A stretch of DNA of 64,000 nt from Herpetosiphon sp. (GTDB lineage Bacteria; Chloroflexota; Anaerolineae; Anaerolineales; Villigracilaceae), in assembly GCA_020717985.1 (NCBI GenBank), contig DYDH01000002.1:43135-107134 (forward strand), read 5' to 3'. Of this stretch, positions 46,570-55,708 are shown piece after piece. The notes under the pieces were generated by a model that worked only from the letters and a program-made list of their open reading frames with translations, was not told the DNA's origin and ran no database searches. The position numbers and the translations under genes are program-made. Positions within the stretch are counted from its first letter, which is position 1. Each line of letters begins with the position of its first letter.

Positions 46570-46809
46570 ATGCTTCAAACACTAGGAAACCAACCGCTTC
46601 AAATCGTTAACGCGCTAACAGATATTAGAGAGGAATGGCAGACAGCAGCCAGAGGCGCAAGTTTGTTGGAGGTCGAGAGCAATCTTGGGCTGCTACTTGT
46701 GGATATCCTTAATCACCTGAATCTGCCAATTGATCTTCAAGTCACAGTGCTGGGCAATGATTTGTTTCAGGAAATGAAAGATCTTCTGAAAAATCCTTCT
46801 CGAAACTAG
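46570..46809 (+). CDS. Small hypothetical protein
   Basis: AGGAG RBS, 79 aa, helical. Confidence 0.65.
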   Translation: MLQTLGNQPLQIVNALTDIREEWQTAARGASLLEVESNLGLLLVDILNHLNLPIDLQVTVLGNDLFQEMKDLLKNPSRN

Positions 46810-46879
46810 CATAAATCCAATAGGGGCTGGACTCGGGATAGCCCCACCAATAAAACATTCAACCGAAGGACAATGACAT

Positions 46880-48511
46880 ATGATGAAAAGAGCAATTCTT
46901 TACGCACGTGTTTCAAAAGATGATACTCAGAACGATTCCCGCAACTTACAGGGACAGTTAGATATGTGCCGTGACTATGCGGCTGCGCATGGTTATCGCA
47001 TAGTGGCGGAACTTGCGGAGGATGATCGTGGTGCAAGTGGTGCGTTATTTGATCTGCCTCAATTAAGCCAGGCCATCGCAATGGCACGCAACGGTGAGTA
47101 CGACATTTTGATTACACGTGAACTCGACCGGTTTGCACGCAAACTGTCCAAGCAATTAATTGTAGAAGAGGAACTTCGCAGACATGGTGTAACAATCGAA
47201 TATGTGCTAGGCGAGTATCCTGATACTCCTGAGGGTAACCTGATGAAAAATGTTCGGGCTACAGTTGCAGAGTATGAGCGCGAAAAAATCAAGGAACGTA
47301 TGAATCGTGGCCGTATCCAAAAAGTCAAAGCAGGAAGCGTGATGACTCATGGACGCGCACCTTATGGGTATCGTCTTAGGGAGGTAAGAAGCATTTGGGC
47401 ATTGGAAATTTATGAGCCCGAAGCGGGAATCGTGCGTCAGGTATTCACATGGTATACGGAGGAGAAAATTGGGATTATTGGGGTCGTCCGAAGACTGAAC
47501 GACTTGAAGGTTCCTACATACCTGGATACTTACCAGACAGACACGGAAAAAAGTGGAGTGCCAAAGGAGGGTGGTAGAAAAATTCGTGGATGGGGTGAAT
47601 GGAGTCGCGCTACAGTACATCATATTCTTACCAACCGAACTTATATGGGTATATGGGAGTATGGAAAGAGAAAACAATCCGGCACAAAAAGAATTCACGG
47701 TGATTCTATAGCTACAGTCGATGTTCCTGCAATCATCTCGGAGGAAACTTGGGATGCCACAAAAGCAAAACTCAAATACAACCGCGAAAACTCAAAACGA
47801 AACCAAAAGCACAAGTACCTGCTTGGCAAACGCGTTAAATGCGGGGATTGTAGTAGCAAGATGGGCGCGACCCCAAACTACACAGGGAAGCGAATATATT
47901 TTTATTACCATTGCCAGGCGAAACGTAACTTCGCGAAGGACTGCAACAACACGGTCACGTACTCAGCACAAAGCTTGGATGCGGATGTGTGGAATTGGGT
48001 ATATTCCTTGATGACTGATCCGCGCCAACTGGAAATCGGTCTTCAAGAGTATCAAATGAGGCGCGAAGAAGATATTGTTCCTCTTAGGGAAAGGGCCGAT
48101 ATAATTTCCCAGCTTATTGATAATAATCAGGAGCAATTAAACCGTCTCGTAGATTTATATCTTTCAGGACAGTTTGACAAGGAAATCCTATGGGAGCGGA
48201 AAAATCGATTGGAAACAACCATTGCGGGTTTGGAAGCTGAGCAGAAAAGCATTATTAATGAGTTGGAAGGTCGAACATTAACTGAGGAGCAGGTCCTGAG
48301 TATTATCGAATTCGCTCGGGAAATTGCCCCGAGAATGGATACTGACAACTTCGATAAGAAACGGGAGTTGATAGAGCTTCTTGATGTTACAGCAGAATTA
48401 AATGTTGAGAACGGAGAGAAAATTGCAATTGTTCGATGCTTTTTGGGCGAAAAAGTTTTACGTGTTGCGTCTAAGAAAAGTGGAATTCTGGAAACCCATG
48501 CAATAAAATGA
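46880..48511 (+). CDS. Large serine recombinase (integrase)
   Basis: YARVS, DRFAR, APYGY, zinc ribbon CGDC...C...C, coiled coil. Confidence 0.95.
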   Translation: MMKRAILYARVSKDDTQNDSRNLQGQLDMCRDYAAAHGYRIVAELAEDDRGASGALFDLPQLSQAIAMARNGEYDILITRELDRFARKLSKQLIVEEELRRHGVTIEYVLGEYPDTPEGNLMKNVRATVAEYEREKIKERMNRGRIQKVKAGSVMTHGRAPYGYRLREVRSIWALEIYEPEAGIVRQVFTWYTEEKIGIIGVVRRLNDLKVPTYLDTYQTDTEKSGVPKEGGRKIRGWGEWSRATVHHILTNRTYMGIWEYGKRKQSGTKRIHGDSIATVDVPAIISEETWDATKAKLKYNRENSKRNQKHKYLLGKRVKCGDCSSKMGATPNYTGKRIYFYYHCQAKRNFAKDCNNTVTYSAQSLDADVWNWVYSLMTDPRQLEIGLQEYQMRREEDIVPLRERADIISQLIDNNQEQLNRLVDLYLSGQFDKEILWERKNRLETTIAGLEAEQKSIINELEGRTLTEEQVLSIIEFAREIAPRMDTDNFDKKRELIELLDVTAELNVENGEKIAIVRCFLGEKVLRVASKKSGILETHAIK

Positions 48512-48587
48512 CCGCCGTCCCGTTTTCAGGTCCGTCGGTCATGACATGCAGGTTGATGGCATTGGTTTGTATGAATTGGCTTTGCAT
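48471..48587 (-). pseudogene. 5' remnant of an alpha/beta hydrolase (epoxide-hydrolase-like) interrupted by the element
   Basis: Hand translation MQSQFIQTNAINLHVMTDGPENGTAVILLHGFPEF then HFS-stop. Confidence 0.85.
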
Positions 48588-48609
48588 TCTGCGAGTATAA
48601 CGGAAAAAC

Positions 48610-49518
48610 TTATCTGTTCCCAAAAGCCTTTGGCGGAAGTGACATCAAATAGGTGTAAACCGCTTTCAATTCATCATCGCTCATGTGGCGGTAGGATGTC
48701 CACGGCATGTAACTGGGATTGATCTTCCTGCCGTGATTTTCACCCGTGCGCATGATCGTAATAAATCCATCCTCGCCCCAGCCTGGCAGGCGGCTACCCA
48801 AGCCTGAGGTTAGGTTGGGAGCGGCGGGCCATTCATCAGGAAAACCAGTGATCTTGCCGCCTGAATAGGTTGGTCCGTGACAGACCATGCAGGACTGCGA
48901 AAGATACGCGCCATATTCGGCTGTGACACCAGGTTCGGGCGCGGGCGGAGGCGTCTGGTCGTGCGGGATCAACTCGGCCGGCAGGAAGGAAATTGTCTTT
49001 GCCACGTTCATCACAATGAAGCCTGCGGTGGATAATTTGCTGGGCGCTATTTCATTATCCACAGGGGGCATACTTTTGATATATGCCAGCACATTGCCAA
49101 GGTCTTTGTCGCTCAAAAAATAAAACTCGGTGGATGGCATGAAAAGCAGCGGGGTTCCATCTTCACGGATGCCGTGCTTGATGGCGCGGATCAAATCCTC
49201 GTCTGTGAGTTGATTGCCCTTGCCGCCTTTTCCGCTGGTGAGATTGGGGGTGATGACCTGCCCGATGGCGGGATTGTCCAGATAGACCAGTCCTTGCAAA
49301 TCCTCGCCATGACAGGCTTCACATCCGCGGTACTGGAAGATGCGTTTGCCTTCGGCGAGAGATTCGGCGTCAGTGGGAATTGAGACCATCGTCACAGGTA
49401 CATCGTATTTTTTATTCAGCCGTGCCTGTCCCATACCGTACAGAACCGCCAGCGCAACGATGAGCAAACCAATGAGACTGCCAAATCCAATCCCCAACCA
49501 CCTTAGAATTTTTTTCAT
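48610..49518 (-). CDS. Membrane-anchored diheme cytochrome c
   Basis: CEACH, CMVCH, PNLT motifs, N-terminal TM. Confidence 0.9.
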   Translation of the reverse strand: MKKILRWLGIGFGSLIGLLIVALAVLYGMGQARLNKKYDVPVTMVSIPTDAESLAEGKRIFQYRGCEACHGEDLQGLVYLDNPAIGQVITPNLTSGKGGKGNQLTDEDLIRAIKHGIREDGTPLLFMPSTEFYFLSDKDLGNVLAYIKSMPPVDNEIAPSKLSTAGFIVMNVAKTISFLPAELIPHDQTPPPAPEPGVTAEYGAYLSQSCMVCHGPTYSGGKITGFPDEWPAAPNLTSGLGSRLPGWGEDGFITIMRTGENHGRKINPSYMPWTSYRHMSDDELKAVYTYLMSLPPKAFGNR

Positions 49519-49523
49519 CTTCT

Positions 49524-49940
49524 TTATCCTTTTATATGAAGTTTCAACGCGCCGCCTTCCAAAATTTCCACATGTAGAGTCTTCAAAGGCTTCTGCGCAG
49601 GACCTGCCAGCACGTTCCCATCTTCATCAAAACGCGAGCTATGACATGGACAATCAAATCCAGTGGCGCTTTCAGCCACAGTACAGCCGAGATGAGTGCA
49701 GACCAAACTGTGCGCGATAATTTCACCATCTCTGTTGTAAATCACGGCTGGAATATCATTACGGAAGGTGCGCGAGCCGACTGGAAAATTGGTGATATCA
49801 CCCAAATCAAATTCAACAGGCGCTTCGGGTGGATAATAACTGAAGTAGCGAATCAAGCCGCCAAGTCCAATCAATCCGCTCAGACCGAAGAGCGCGTTGG
49901 TGGATAATTTTAGAAAGTCACGACGGGAGAGGTTTTTCAT
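49524..49940 (-). CDS. Rieske 2Fe-2S protein with Tat signal
   Basis: SRRDFLK, CTHLGC, CPCH. Confidence 0.95.
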   Translation of the reverse strand: MKNLSRRDFLKLSTNALFGLSGLIGLGGLIRYFSYYPPEAPVEFDLGDITNFPVGSRTFRNDIPAVIYNRDGEIIAHSLVCTHLGCTVAESATGFDCPCHSSRFDEDGNVLAGPAQKPLKTLHVEILEGGALKLHIKG

Positions 49941-49970
49941 GGTTTTTATGTTTTTTGAATTTGAGTTGCA

Positions 49971-50014
49971 TGTTACGTGTAGCGTGTTGCGTGAAAACAG
50001 AACACGCTACACGC
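49971..50014. repeat. Inverted short heptamer-repeat element
   Basis: (CGTGTWG)n ... (AACACGC)n. Confidence 0.5.
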
Positions 50015-50025
50015 TGCTTAGACTT

Positions 50026-51738
50026 TCAATTTGGAATGGCTCCCAAAACAGTTAACATAAGGATGATAGCCATAATCAAAACCGCAATCACCTGTGCGAT
50101 TCGATTTCCACGCGGGAACCAGTTGCCGAGTTCTTCACTTTTGGCGTTGGGCAGGATGTAGGGCATCGAACCAAGCACAAACACCACTACTATGGGAATC
50201 AAAATTCCCATCACGAACGGGTCTCCGAACTTGAGCAGGTACTGAATCCACAGAAAGAACCAGGGTGCCTGAGAATCACCGCCCATTGTATTGAACGCGG
50301 TAATGGGCTGTTTAATTGGCGCGGGAATCAACAGGGAAAACAGAATCAGGATCACGGCGGCGACCGTCATTGCCAGCGCTTCGCGACGAACCAAATCAAA
50401 GCGCGAGATGCGTTCATGCTCTTTGCGCTGAGTCGGCGGCGGGACGGCAATCCCACCATCGCGACGGACTCGAAAGGCATGCCAGACTATCAGGATAACC
50501 GCACCAAGCGTCAGCCCGAAAATGTGCCATGCATAAAAGCGGATGAGAGTGGAGTCGCCAGGTTCGCTTCCTCCAATCACAAATTGATATAAACCTTCGC
50601 CGATGAATGGGACGGTCTTCAACATATTTGCACCGACCACCAGCGCCCAGTGAATGCCCTCGTCCCAGCGCAGGACATAGCCCGTAAAATCAAGCAGGAG
50701 GATAAATGCCAGCAGAGCCACGCCAAGCACATGGTTGAATTTTCGCGGCGCGGCGTATGCGCCTGTGAGCGTGACACGCAGCAGGTGGATGCTCATCACG
50801 ATGACGAGGAATTGCGCCGACCAAAAATGCAGGTTGCGGATGAGACTTCCAAACGGCACAAGGTTGGTGATGGTTTGAACGGAGATCGCCGCTCCCTTGG
50901 GCGTGGGAACGTAGTAATACATTTCCAGCAGACCCGTGACTAGTAAAATGAACGAGAGAAAGACTGCCGCTCCGCCCGCACCCAACGTGTATCGAAAACG
51001 CGATTGCACCTCAGGGATGGTCGGCGGATGCAGGTGATGGAAGAAGTTTGGCTTGCCCGATGGGGGATTAAGTTTGGAGTAGGTGTTCACGCCGACTGCC
51101 GCAAGAATTAGCGCCCCGATCAAAATCAACCCGCCTGGGGTTTGGCTTTCGGGCGGCGTGACCTTGTGATGAACCGAAATCGCCGCGCCGCTGGTTTCAT
51201 CCAAAGTGAAGCCCTTTGCCTCGCGGTCATTCATTCGCAAAATATACGCGGTCAGAGACCAGGCTTCTTGTGAGGTCAACGAGCCTGCCCGCCCAAATGG
51301 CATGTTTTCATGGATGTGGCGATAAAGTTCAAAGGAGTTTGAAAAGCGAGCCAATGCGCCCGCTCCCGCCAATGCGGGGATTCCCGTCTGCGGAATCACA
51401 AAACTGTTGGCGGGCGCATCGCTGGCATGACAACCTGAGTCCCAACAATTCTTTTCTTCGGGCGGAAATGAATTTTTCCAGTCTTCGGTCAAGCCCTGAC
51501 CTTTGTCACCGTGACAGGACATACACATGCCCCAATAGATCTGCCCACCCGTATCCGCTTGTGCAGGCGGATATACCGTCGGTGGTTGAGTCAGGCGGCT
51601 GGAATCAAATGTGGGTGTGATCGAAATTGCGGGAGTGGATGTGGGTTGTTGTAAAGCAGTGGAAGTCCCCGTAAAGTTGGAAGCCAGAAATGCAAACGTC
51701 AGAATACCTGTGGCGATGAAGAAAATAGTGCGGCGCAT
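50026..51738 (-). CDS. Cytochrome c - cytochrome b fusion
   Basis: CMSCH, CWDSGCH, IRNLHFWSA, IHLLR, TGYVLRWD, APWFF. Confidence 0.9.
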   Translation of the reverse strand: MRRTIFFIATGILTFAFLASNFTGTSTALQQPTSTPAISITPTFDSSRLTQPPTVYPPAQADTGGQIYWGMCMSCHGDKGQGLTEDWKNSFPPEEKNCWDSGCHASDAPANSFVIPQTGIPALAGAGALARFSNSFELYRHIHENMPFGRAGSLTSQEAWSLTAYILRMNDREAKGFTLDETSGAAISVHHKVTPPESQTPGGLILIGALILAAVGVNTYSKLNPPSGKPNFFHHLHPPTIPEVQSRFRYTLGAGGAAVFLSFILLVTGLLEMYYYVPTPKGAAISVQTITNLVPFGSLIRNLHFWSAQFLVIVMSIHLLRVTLTGAYAAPRKFNHVLGVALLAFILLLDFTGYVLRWDEGIHWALVVGANMLKTVPFIGEGLYQFVIGGSEPGDSTLIRFYAWHIFGLTLGAVILIVWHAFRVRRDGGIAVPPPTQRKEHERISRFDLVRREALAMTVAAVILILFSLLIPAPIKQPITAFNTMGGDSQAPWFFLWIQYLLKFGDPFVMGILIPIVVVFVLGSMPYILPNAKSEELGNWFPRGNRIAQVIAVLIMAIILMLTVLGAIPN

Positions 51739-51785
51739 AATATTGGATTATACATCTGCGAAGATGCGCCGCGCCAGATTGCCAC

Positions 51786-51843
51786 CGTAGTCACGACTTT
51801 AGTCGTGGTTTGTGGGCTAAAAGCGACTAAAGTCGCTACTACG
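51786..51843. repeat. GTAG-type REP doublet
   Basis: GTAGTCACGACTTTAGTCG ... CGACTAAAGTCGCTACTAC. Confidence 0.75.
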
Positions 51844-51844
51844 T

Positions 51845-52513
51845 TTAATACAACGGTATTCTCGCGCCGTTGACCTTACTTGCTTCGTCGGAAAACAAAT
51901 AGTCCATGGCTGAGACAATCTCTGCGGGTGTGGTTCCCTTACCCTCGCCTTTGGTGTCAATGGATTTGACATGGATCACATTTGCCGTCAATCCACTATC
52001 TTTGTATTCTTCGGCGAGAGTCAACACGAGACTTTCCTGCGCGGATTTTGCGGCGGCATACAATCCCATTTTTGCAGATGGCTTGACCGTGACAGGCATC
52101 GAGACGATCATCACGCGTCCCCACTTGCTGGCGGCGATGTACGGGACAAAGGCTTGAAGCAAATGAAACGTTGTCCACGCATGTTGATTGAGCATGGATT
52201 CAAAATCGGCTGCGTTGGCTTCAGGAATTGCCCTGCCGCCCGTCCAGCCGCCGACAAGGTGGATCAAGGCGTGGACACTCCCGAATTTGGAATGAACAGC
52301 TTTGGCTGAGTCGCGCGCTACCTGCCCGTCGAGCAGGTCAATGGCTTGGGTGTAGAGTCGCTCGCTGGGTAGATTCAAGTCACGGGCAAGGGAATCCAAT
52401 TTGTTTTGGTCTTTGGCAAGCAACGCAATATTATGTCCGCGCTCAGCGAAAGTTTTCGCAACCAAATTTCCAAGAACGCCCGTTGCGCCCGTAATAACAA
52501 TTGTTTTAGTCAT
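51845..52513 (-). CDS. Short-chain dehydrogenase/reductase
   Basis: TGATGVLG, YAAAK. Confidence 0.9.
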   Translation of the reverse strand: MTKTIVITGATGVLGNLVAKTFAERGHNIALLAKDQNKLDSLARDLNLPSERLYTQAIDLLDGQVARDSAKAVHSKFGSVHALIHLVGGWTGGRAIPEANAADFESMLNQHAWTTFHLLQAFVPYIAASKWGRVMIVSMPVTVKPSAKMGLYAAAKSAQESLVLTLAEEYKDSGLTANVIHVKSIDTKGEGKGTTPAEIVSAMDYLFSDEASKVNGARIPLY

Positions 52514-53264
52514 GCATCGCCTTGACCTGGCTTTCGTCCATGCCTTCGATGATCGGCTGATCGCTTTGTTCGGGCAGATGTTCCTTGCCGTGGAAATCAA
52601 TCATGTGACCAGACTTGGCGGCTTTGGTTTCAAGATAAAAAATATTGTGTTCGTTGGGCGGCAAAATATGCGGCATACGTTCATTGATCTTGACGCCGTA
52701 TTGTTCAAGCTGGGCGATCTTCTTCGGATTATTCGTCATCAGGCGGATGGACTGCACTTGAAGCGCGTGAAGCATGTGCGCGGCAACGGCGTAATCGCGT
52801 TCATCGTCGCGGAAGCCAAGCGCAATATTCGCCTCCACCGTATCCAGCCCTTTGTCTTGCAAACTGTACGCGCGGATTTTGTTGGTCAACCCAATGCCGC
52901 GTCCTTCCTGGCGCAGGTATAAGACAATGCCCTTGTCCATCTCGCCGATCTTCTTCAAGGCAGCTTCGAGTTGATCGCGGCAGTCACAACGCAGTGATCC
53001 GATCACATCGCCCGTCAGACATTCGGAGTGCAGGCGCACTGGCACGTCATCCGCGCCGAACACCTCACCCTTGATGATGGCAACGTGTTCCTTGCCGTCC
53101 TGATTATTTGAAAATGCGACGATATGAAAATCGCCAAAACGTGAAGGCAGTTCGGCAATCGCCTCAATATGCACGCAGACGAACTTCCTGTTCATGCCTT
53201 CGCATCCGTTACAGGAAGTTTCCTGCAAGATAAGTTTGATTTGTTCGTGTGTAGATGTGGTCAT
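52506..53264 (-). CDS. ribA: GTP cyclohydrolase II
   Basis: VRLHSECLTGD, RCDC, QEGRGIG, LMTNNP. Confidence 0.95.
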   Translation of the reverse strand: MTTSTHEQIKLILQETSCNGCEGMNRKFVCVHIEAIAELPSRFGDFHIVAFSNNQDGKEHVAIIKGEVFGADDVPVRLHSECLTGDVIGSLRCDCRDQLEAALKKIGEMDKGIVLYLRQEGRGIGLTNKIRAYSLQDKGLDTVEANIALGFRDDERDYAVAAHMLHALQVQSIRLMTNNPKKIAQLEQYGVKINERMPHILPPNEHNIFYLETKAAKSGHMIDFHGKEHLPEQSDQPIIEGMDESQVKAMHD

Positions 53265-53274
53265 CGTTTCCTCC

Positions 53275-53303
53275 GTAGGGGCATATTTGAAACATGCCCC
53301 TAC
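53275..53303. repeat. GTAG-type REP palindrome
   Basis: GTAGGGGCAT...ATGCCCCTAC. Confidence 0.6.
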
Positions 53304-53977
53304 AATTTGTATCGTAATAAAATTCCGCCGTCTTCGTGCGGTTCAATGGTTTGCAATTTCAATGCAATGGCATCGCTTCGCATGAGCCCGAGTCCATCGG
53401 CAAGGGTTGGGGCATTCGCGCCGCCAAAGATCATCGGCGCAACATAGATCATCAATTCGTCCACCAGACCCAGACGCATGAGTTCGAAATTCATCGTCCC
53501 GCCGCCTTCGACCATCAAATGATCCACGCCGATTTTTTTCAGGGTAAGCATCATTTTATTCAGGTCAACACGCGGAGCGTCATGCACAAAGACTTCCACG
53601 CCATGCGCGCGCAGGATTTCGATCTGGCTTATAGATGTCTGTGAAGTGGTAAATATTACGACCCGCGCATTCCCTGTTTTTATAAAATCAGATTCAAGCG
53701 GAATATCCGCCACTGTAGCGACTCCAACCTTAATGGGATTCGGCGACAGCCCGCGCAGGATTCTCCCCTCACGCAGCGCTTCGCTCTTCACCGTCAGCTT
53801 GGGTTGCTCGTCGAGCAGCGTTTTCCCCCCGACAAGGATTCCGTCCGCCGAGGCGCGCAGTTCATCCACGCGCTGCTTATCCTGCCTGGACGAGATCGCA
53901 GAGCCTTTACGCTCGAAGGTGTCAATTTTTCCGTCCGCCGTCATGGCGACGTTGATAAAAGTATAGGGACGGTTCAT
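53300..53977 (-). CDS. RibD C-terminal-type pyrimidine reductase (no deaminase domain)
   Basis: AMTADGKI, ILVGGKT, MVEGGG. Confidence 0.9.
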   Translation of the reverse strand: MNRPYTFINVAMTADGKIDTFERKGSAISSRQDKQRVDELRASADGILVGGKTLLDEQPKLTVKSEALREGRILRGLSPNPIKVGVATVADIPLESDFIKTGNARVVIFTTSQTSISQIEILRAHGVEVFVHDAPRVDLNKMMLTLKKIGVDHLMVEGGGTMNFELMRLGLVDELMIYVAPMIFGGANAPTLADGLGLMRSDAIALKLQTIEPHEDGGILLRYKL

Positions 53978-54052
53978 GGTTGAAGGCTGCAAGTTGAAGG
54001 TTGAAGGTCAAAGGAACTTTAAACCTGTAACCTTCAACCTGCCAACTAAATA

Positions 54053-55708
54053 TTAATACGAACCCGAAAAATATTCCATCATCACATCACTGAGGTCAGC
54101 GCCGGTATGCGCGCGAACCGTGTTGAAAAAGTCGTTCGTGGTTACACGTCCACGTGAATAACGCGCCGCGTAATCTTTCAGGAATGCGAAGAAATCATCA
54201 TCTCCCATGCGGACGCGCAGGTCTTCCATGAAGTGCGCGCCGCGCAAATAAACGGCGTTGGTGTAGGCGCGGAACGTACCTCCGCTGTAGATGGGCGTGT
54301 CCACGTAACCCGTCGGTGAAAAATAATCCACGCGGAATTGCCACCACCAATTGCCGTAATTAGGATAGTTATATTCATAGAAAATCTTTTCGCTGTAGGT
54401 CGCCATCATTTCATCGAGCCACGGCTCCAATGCCTGGTCATTGCCCACCAGCCCAAACCACCATTGATGAGCGATCTCATGCACACCAATGGACGTGAGA
54501 TTATTCTTCGCGCCGCCGCCATATTGCCCGTAAAAATCCGAGGCAAGAAATACCAACCCGTCATATTCCATGCCGTCGTGTATATCGGTTTGCACGATTG
54601 CAAGCGTTTCATAAGGATACGGCGCAAATTTGACAGAATAAAGACTGACAGCCTGTACGGCCGCATACAAAATTCCATCCCCCGCGGCTTTATACCCATC
54701 GAAATAATACGAGCGGATTTTCACCAACCCGACAGCTGATTCGGACATCAAAAACTCGTCACTCGCTGACAGGGTGAACGTGCGCGCGCCATACAGCCGA
54801 TAACGAGTCCATTCGCCGTTTGGTTCTGCGGGCGCGCTGGCTGCCACAACTACATCCGCACCTGTTTTGAGATTTAGTTCAATATCCGACACATCATATA
54901 CAAGGTGCTCGCCAAATGGCATGGGGTCATGCAATACCCATCCGTTGACATAAGGCACAACAAACGGATACCAGTCCACGAGGTTGATCTGGTTGAAATC
55001 GTAGCCGAATAGTCCTTCGTTGGCTTTGGCGGGAATGTTGAGCGTGAACTTAATCCCCAGTGTGGTGGCGGAACCAGGCTGGAGCGGCTGCGACAGGTTC
55101 AGGGTCAGGCGCTGATCGTTGAGTGAATAGGTTGTCAACGCCACGTTATCTTGAAAGACCGCCAGCAGGGAAAATGCTCCGCCGTAACGGTTGGGCTGGA
55201 CGGACAGGACAATATCCGAGAGCGCGACTCCCGTTGTGTTGTAATAGCGGATGGTTTCGTCCGCATCTAGCGTGTGTGCGTCAAAGTCCAACGTGGCAGA
55301 GAGGATGTAATTTGTCCGCAAGGGAGTTGTCGGCTGGGGAACTGTCGTCGTGACTGATACAACTGTCGGCGTGCGCGAAGCGGGAAGCGGAGTTAACGTC
55401 TGCGTGGCGGTTTGCGTAGGCGCCGTTGTCAAGGTAATTGTCGAAGTTGCAGATGCTGGCGGCGCTTGCGTAAATGTCGGCAGCGGCGTGTTGATCTGTC
55501 CCGACGGTTGAAAAGGCGTTGGGGTGGGGGATGCATTCGGGTCTTGCGTGATCAAAATAAAGGTTGGAAAGACTTGCGGTGTGGGCGTTGGGGAGGAACA
55601 CGAAAAAAGCAAGGCAATCAAAAACACGGAACACGCAACACGGGATATATACGTGTTGCGTGTTCCGTATTCCGTGTTCTGTGTGGATGTGCGGTGTGTG
55701 TTCATCAA
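54053..55708 (-). CDS. M1-family metallopeptidase lipoprotein
   Basis: GMEY, HEIAH...E, lipobox, Thr/Pro linker. Confidence 0.9.
   Translation of the reverse strand: MMNTHRTSTQNTEYGTRNTYISRVACSVFLIALLFSCSSPTPTPQVFPTFILITQDPNASPTPTPFQPSGQINTPLPTFTQAPPASATSTITLTTAPTQTATQTLTPLPASRTPTVVSVTTTVPQPTTPLRTNYILSATLDFDAHTLDADETIRYYNTTGVALSDIVLSVQPNRYGGAFSLLAVFQDNVALTTYSLNDQRLTLNLSQPLQPGSATTLGIKFTLNIPAKANEGLFGYDFNQINLVDWYPFVVPYVNGWVLHDPMPFGEHLVYDVSDIELNLKTGADVVVAASAPAEPNGEWTRYRLYGARTFTLSASDEFLMSESAVGLVKIRSYYFDGYKAAGDGILYAAVQAVSLYSVKFAPYPYETLAIVQTDIHDGMEYDGLVFLASDFYGQYGGGAKNNLTSIGVHEIAHQWWFGLVGNDQALEPWLDEMMATYSEKIFYEYNYPNYGNWWWQFRVDYFSPTGYVDTPIYSGGTFRAYTNAVYLRGAHFMEDLRVRMGDDDFFAFLKDYAARYSRGRVTTNDFFNTVRAHTGADLSDVMMEYFSGSY

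Larger units (their letters stand above)
1..48483. mobile_element. Integrative (probably conjugative) element, right part; left end outside the window
   Basis: Terminal large serine recombinase abuts a truncated host hydrolase gene. The element also carries xis-like HTH, ParA, Rep with iterons, Tad/Flp pilus genes, a TrbL-like protein and a DnaB-like ATPase. Housekeeping genes resume after 48600. Confidence 0.85.

Noticed and set aside
1-48483. Prophage
   Set aside because: No terminase, capsid, portal, tail or lysis genes are recognisable in the window.
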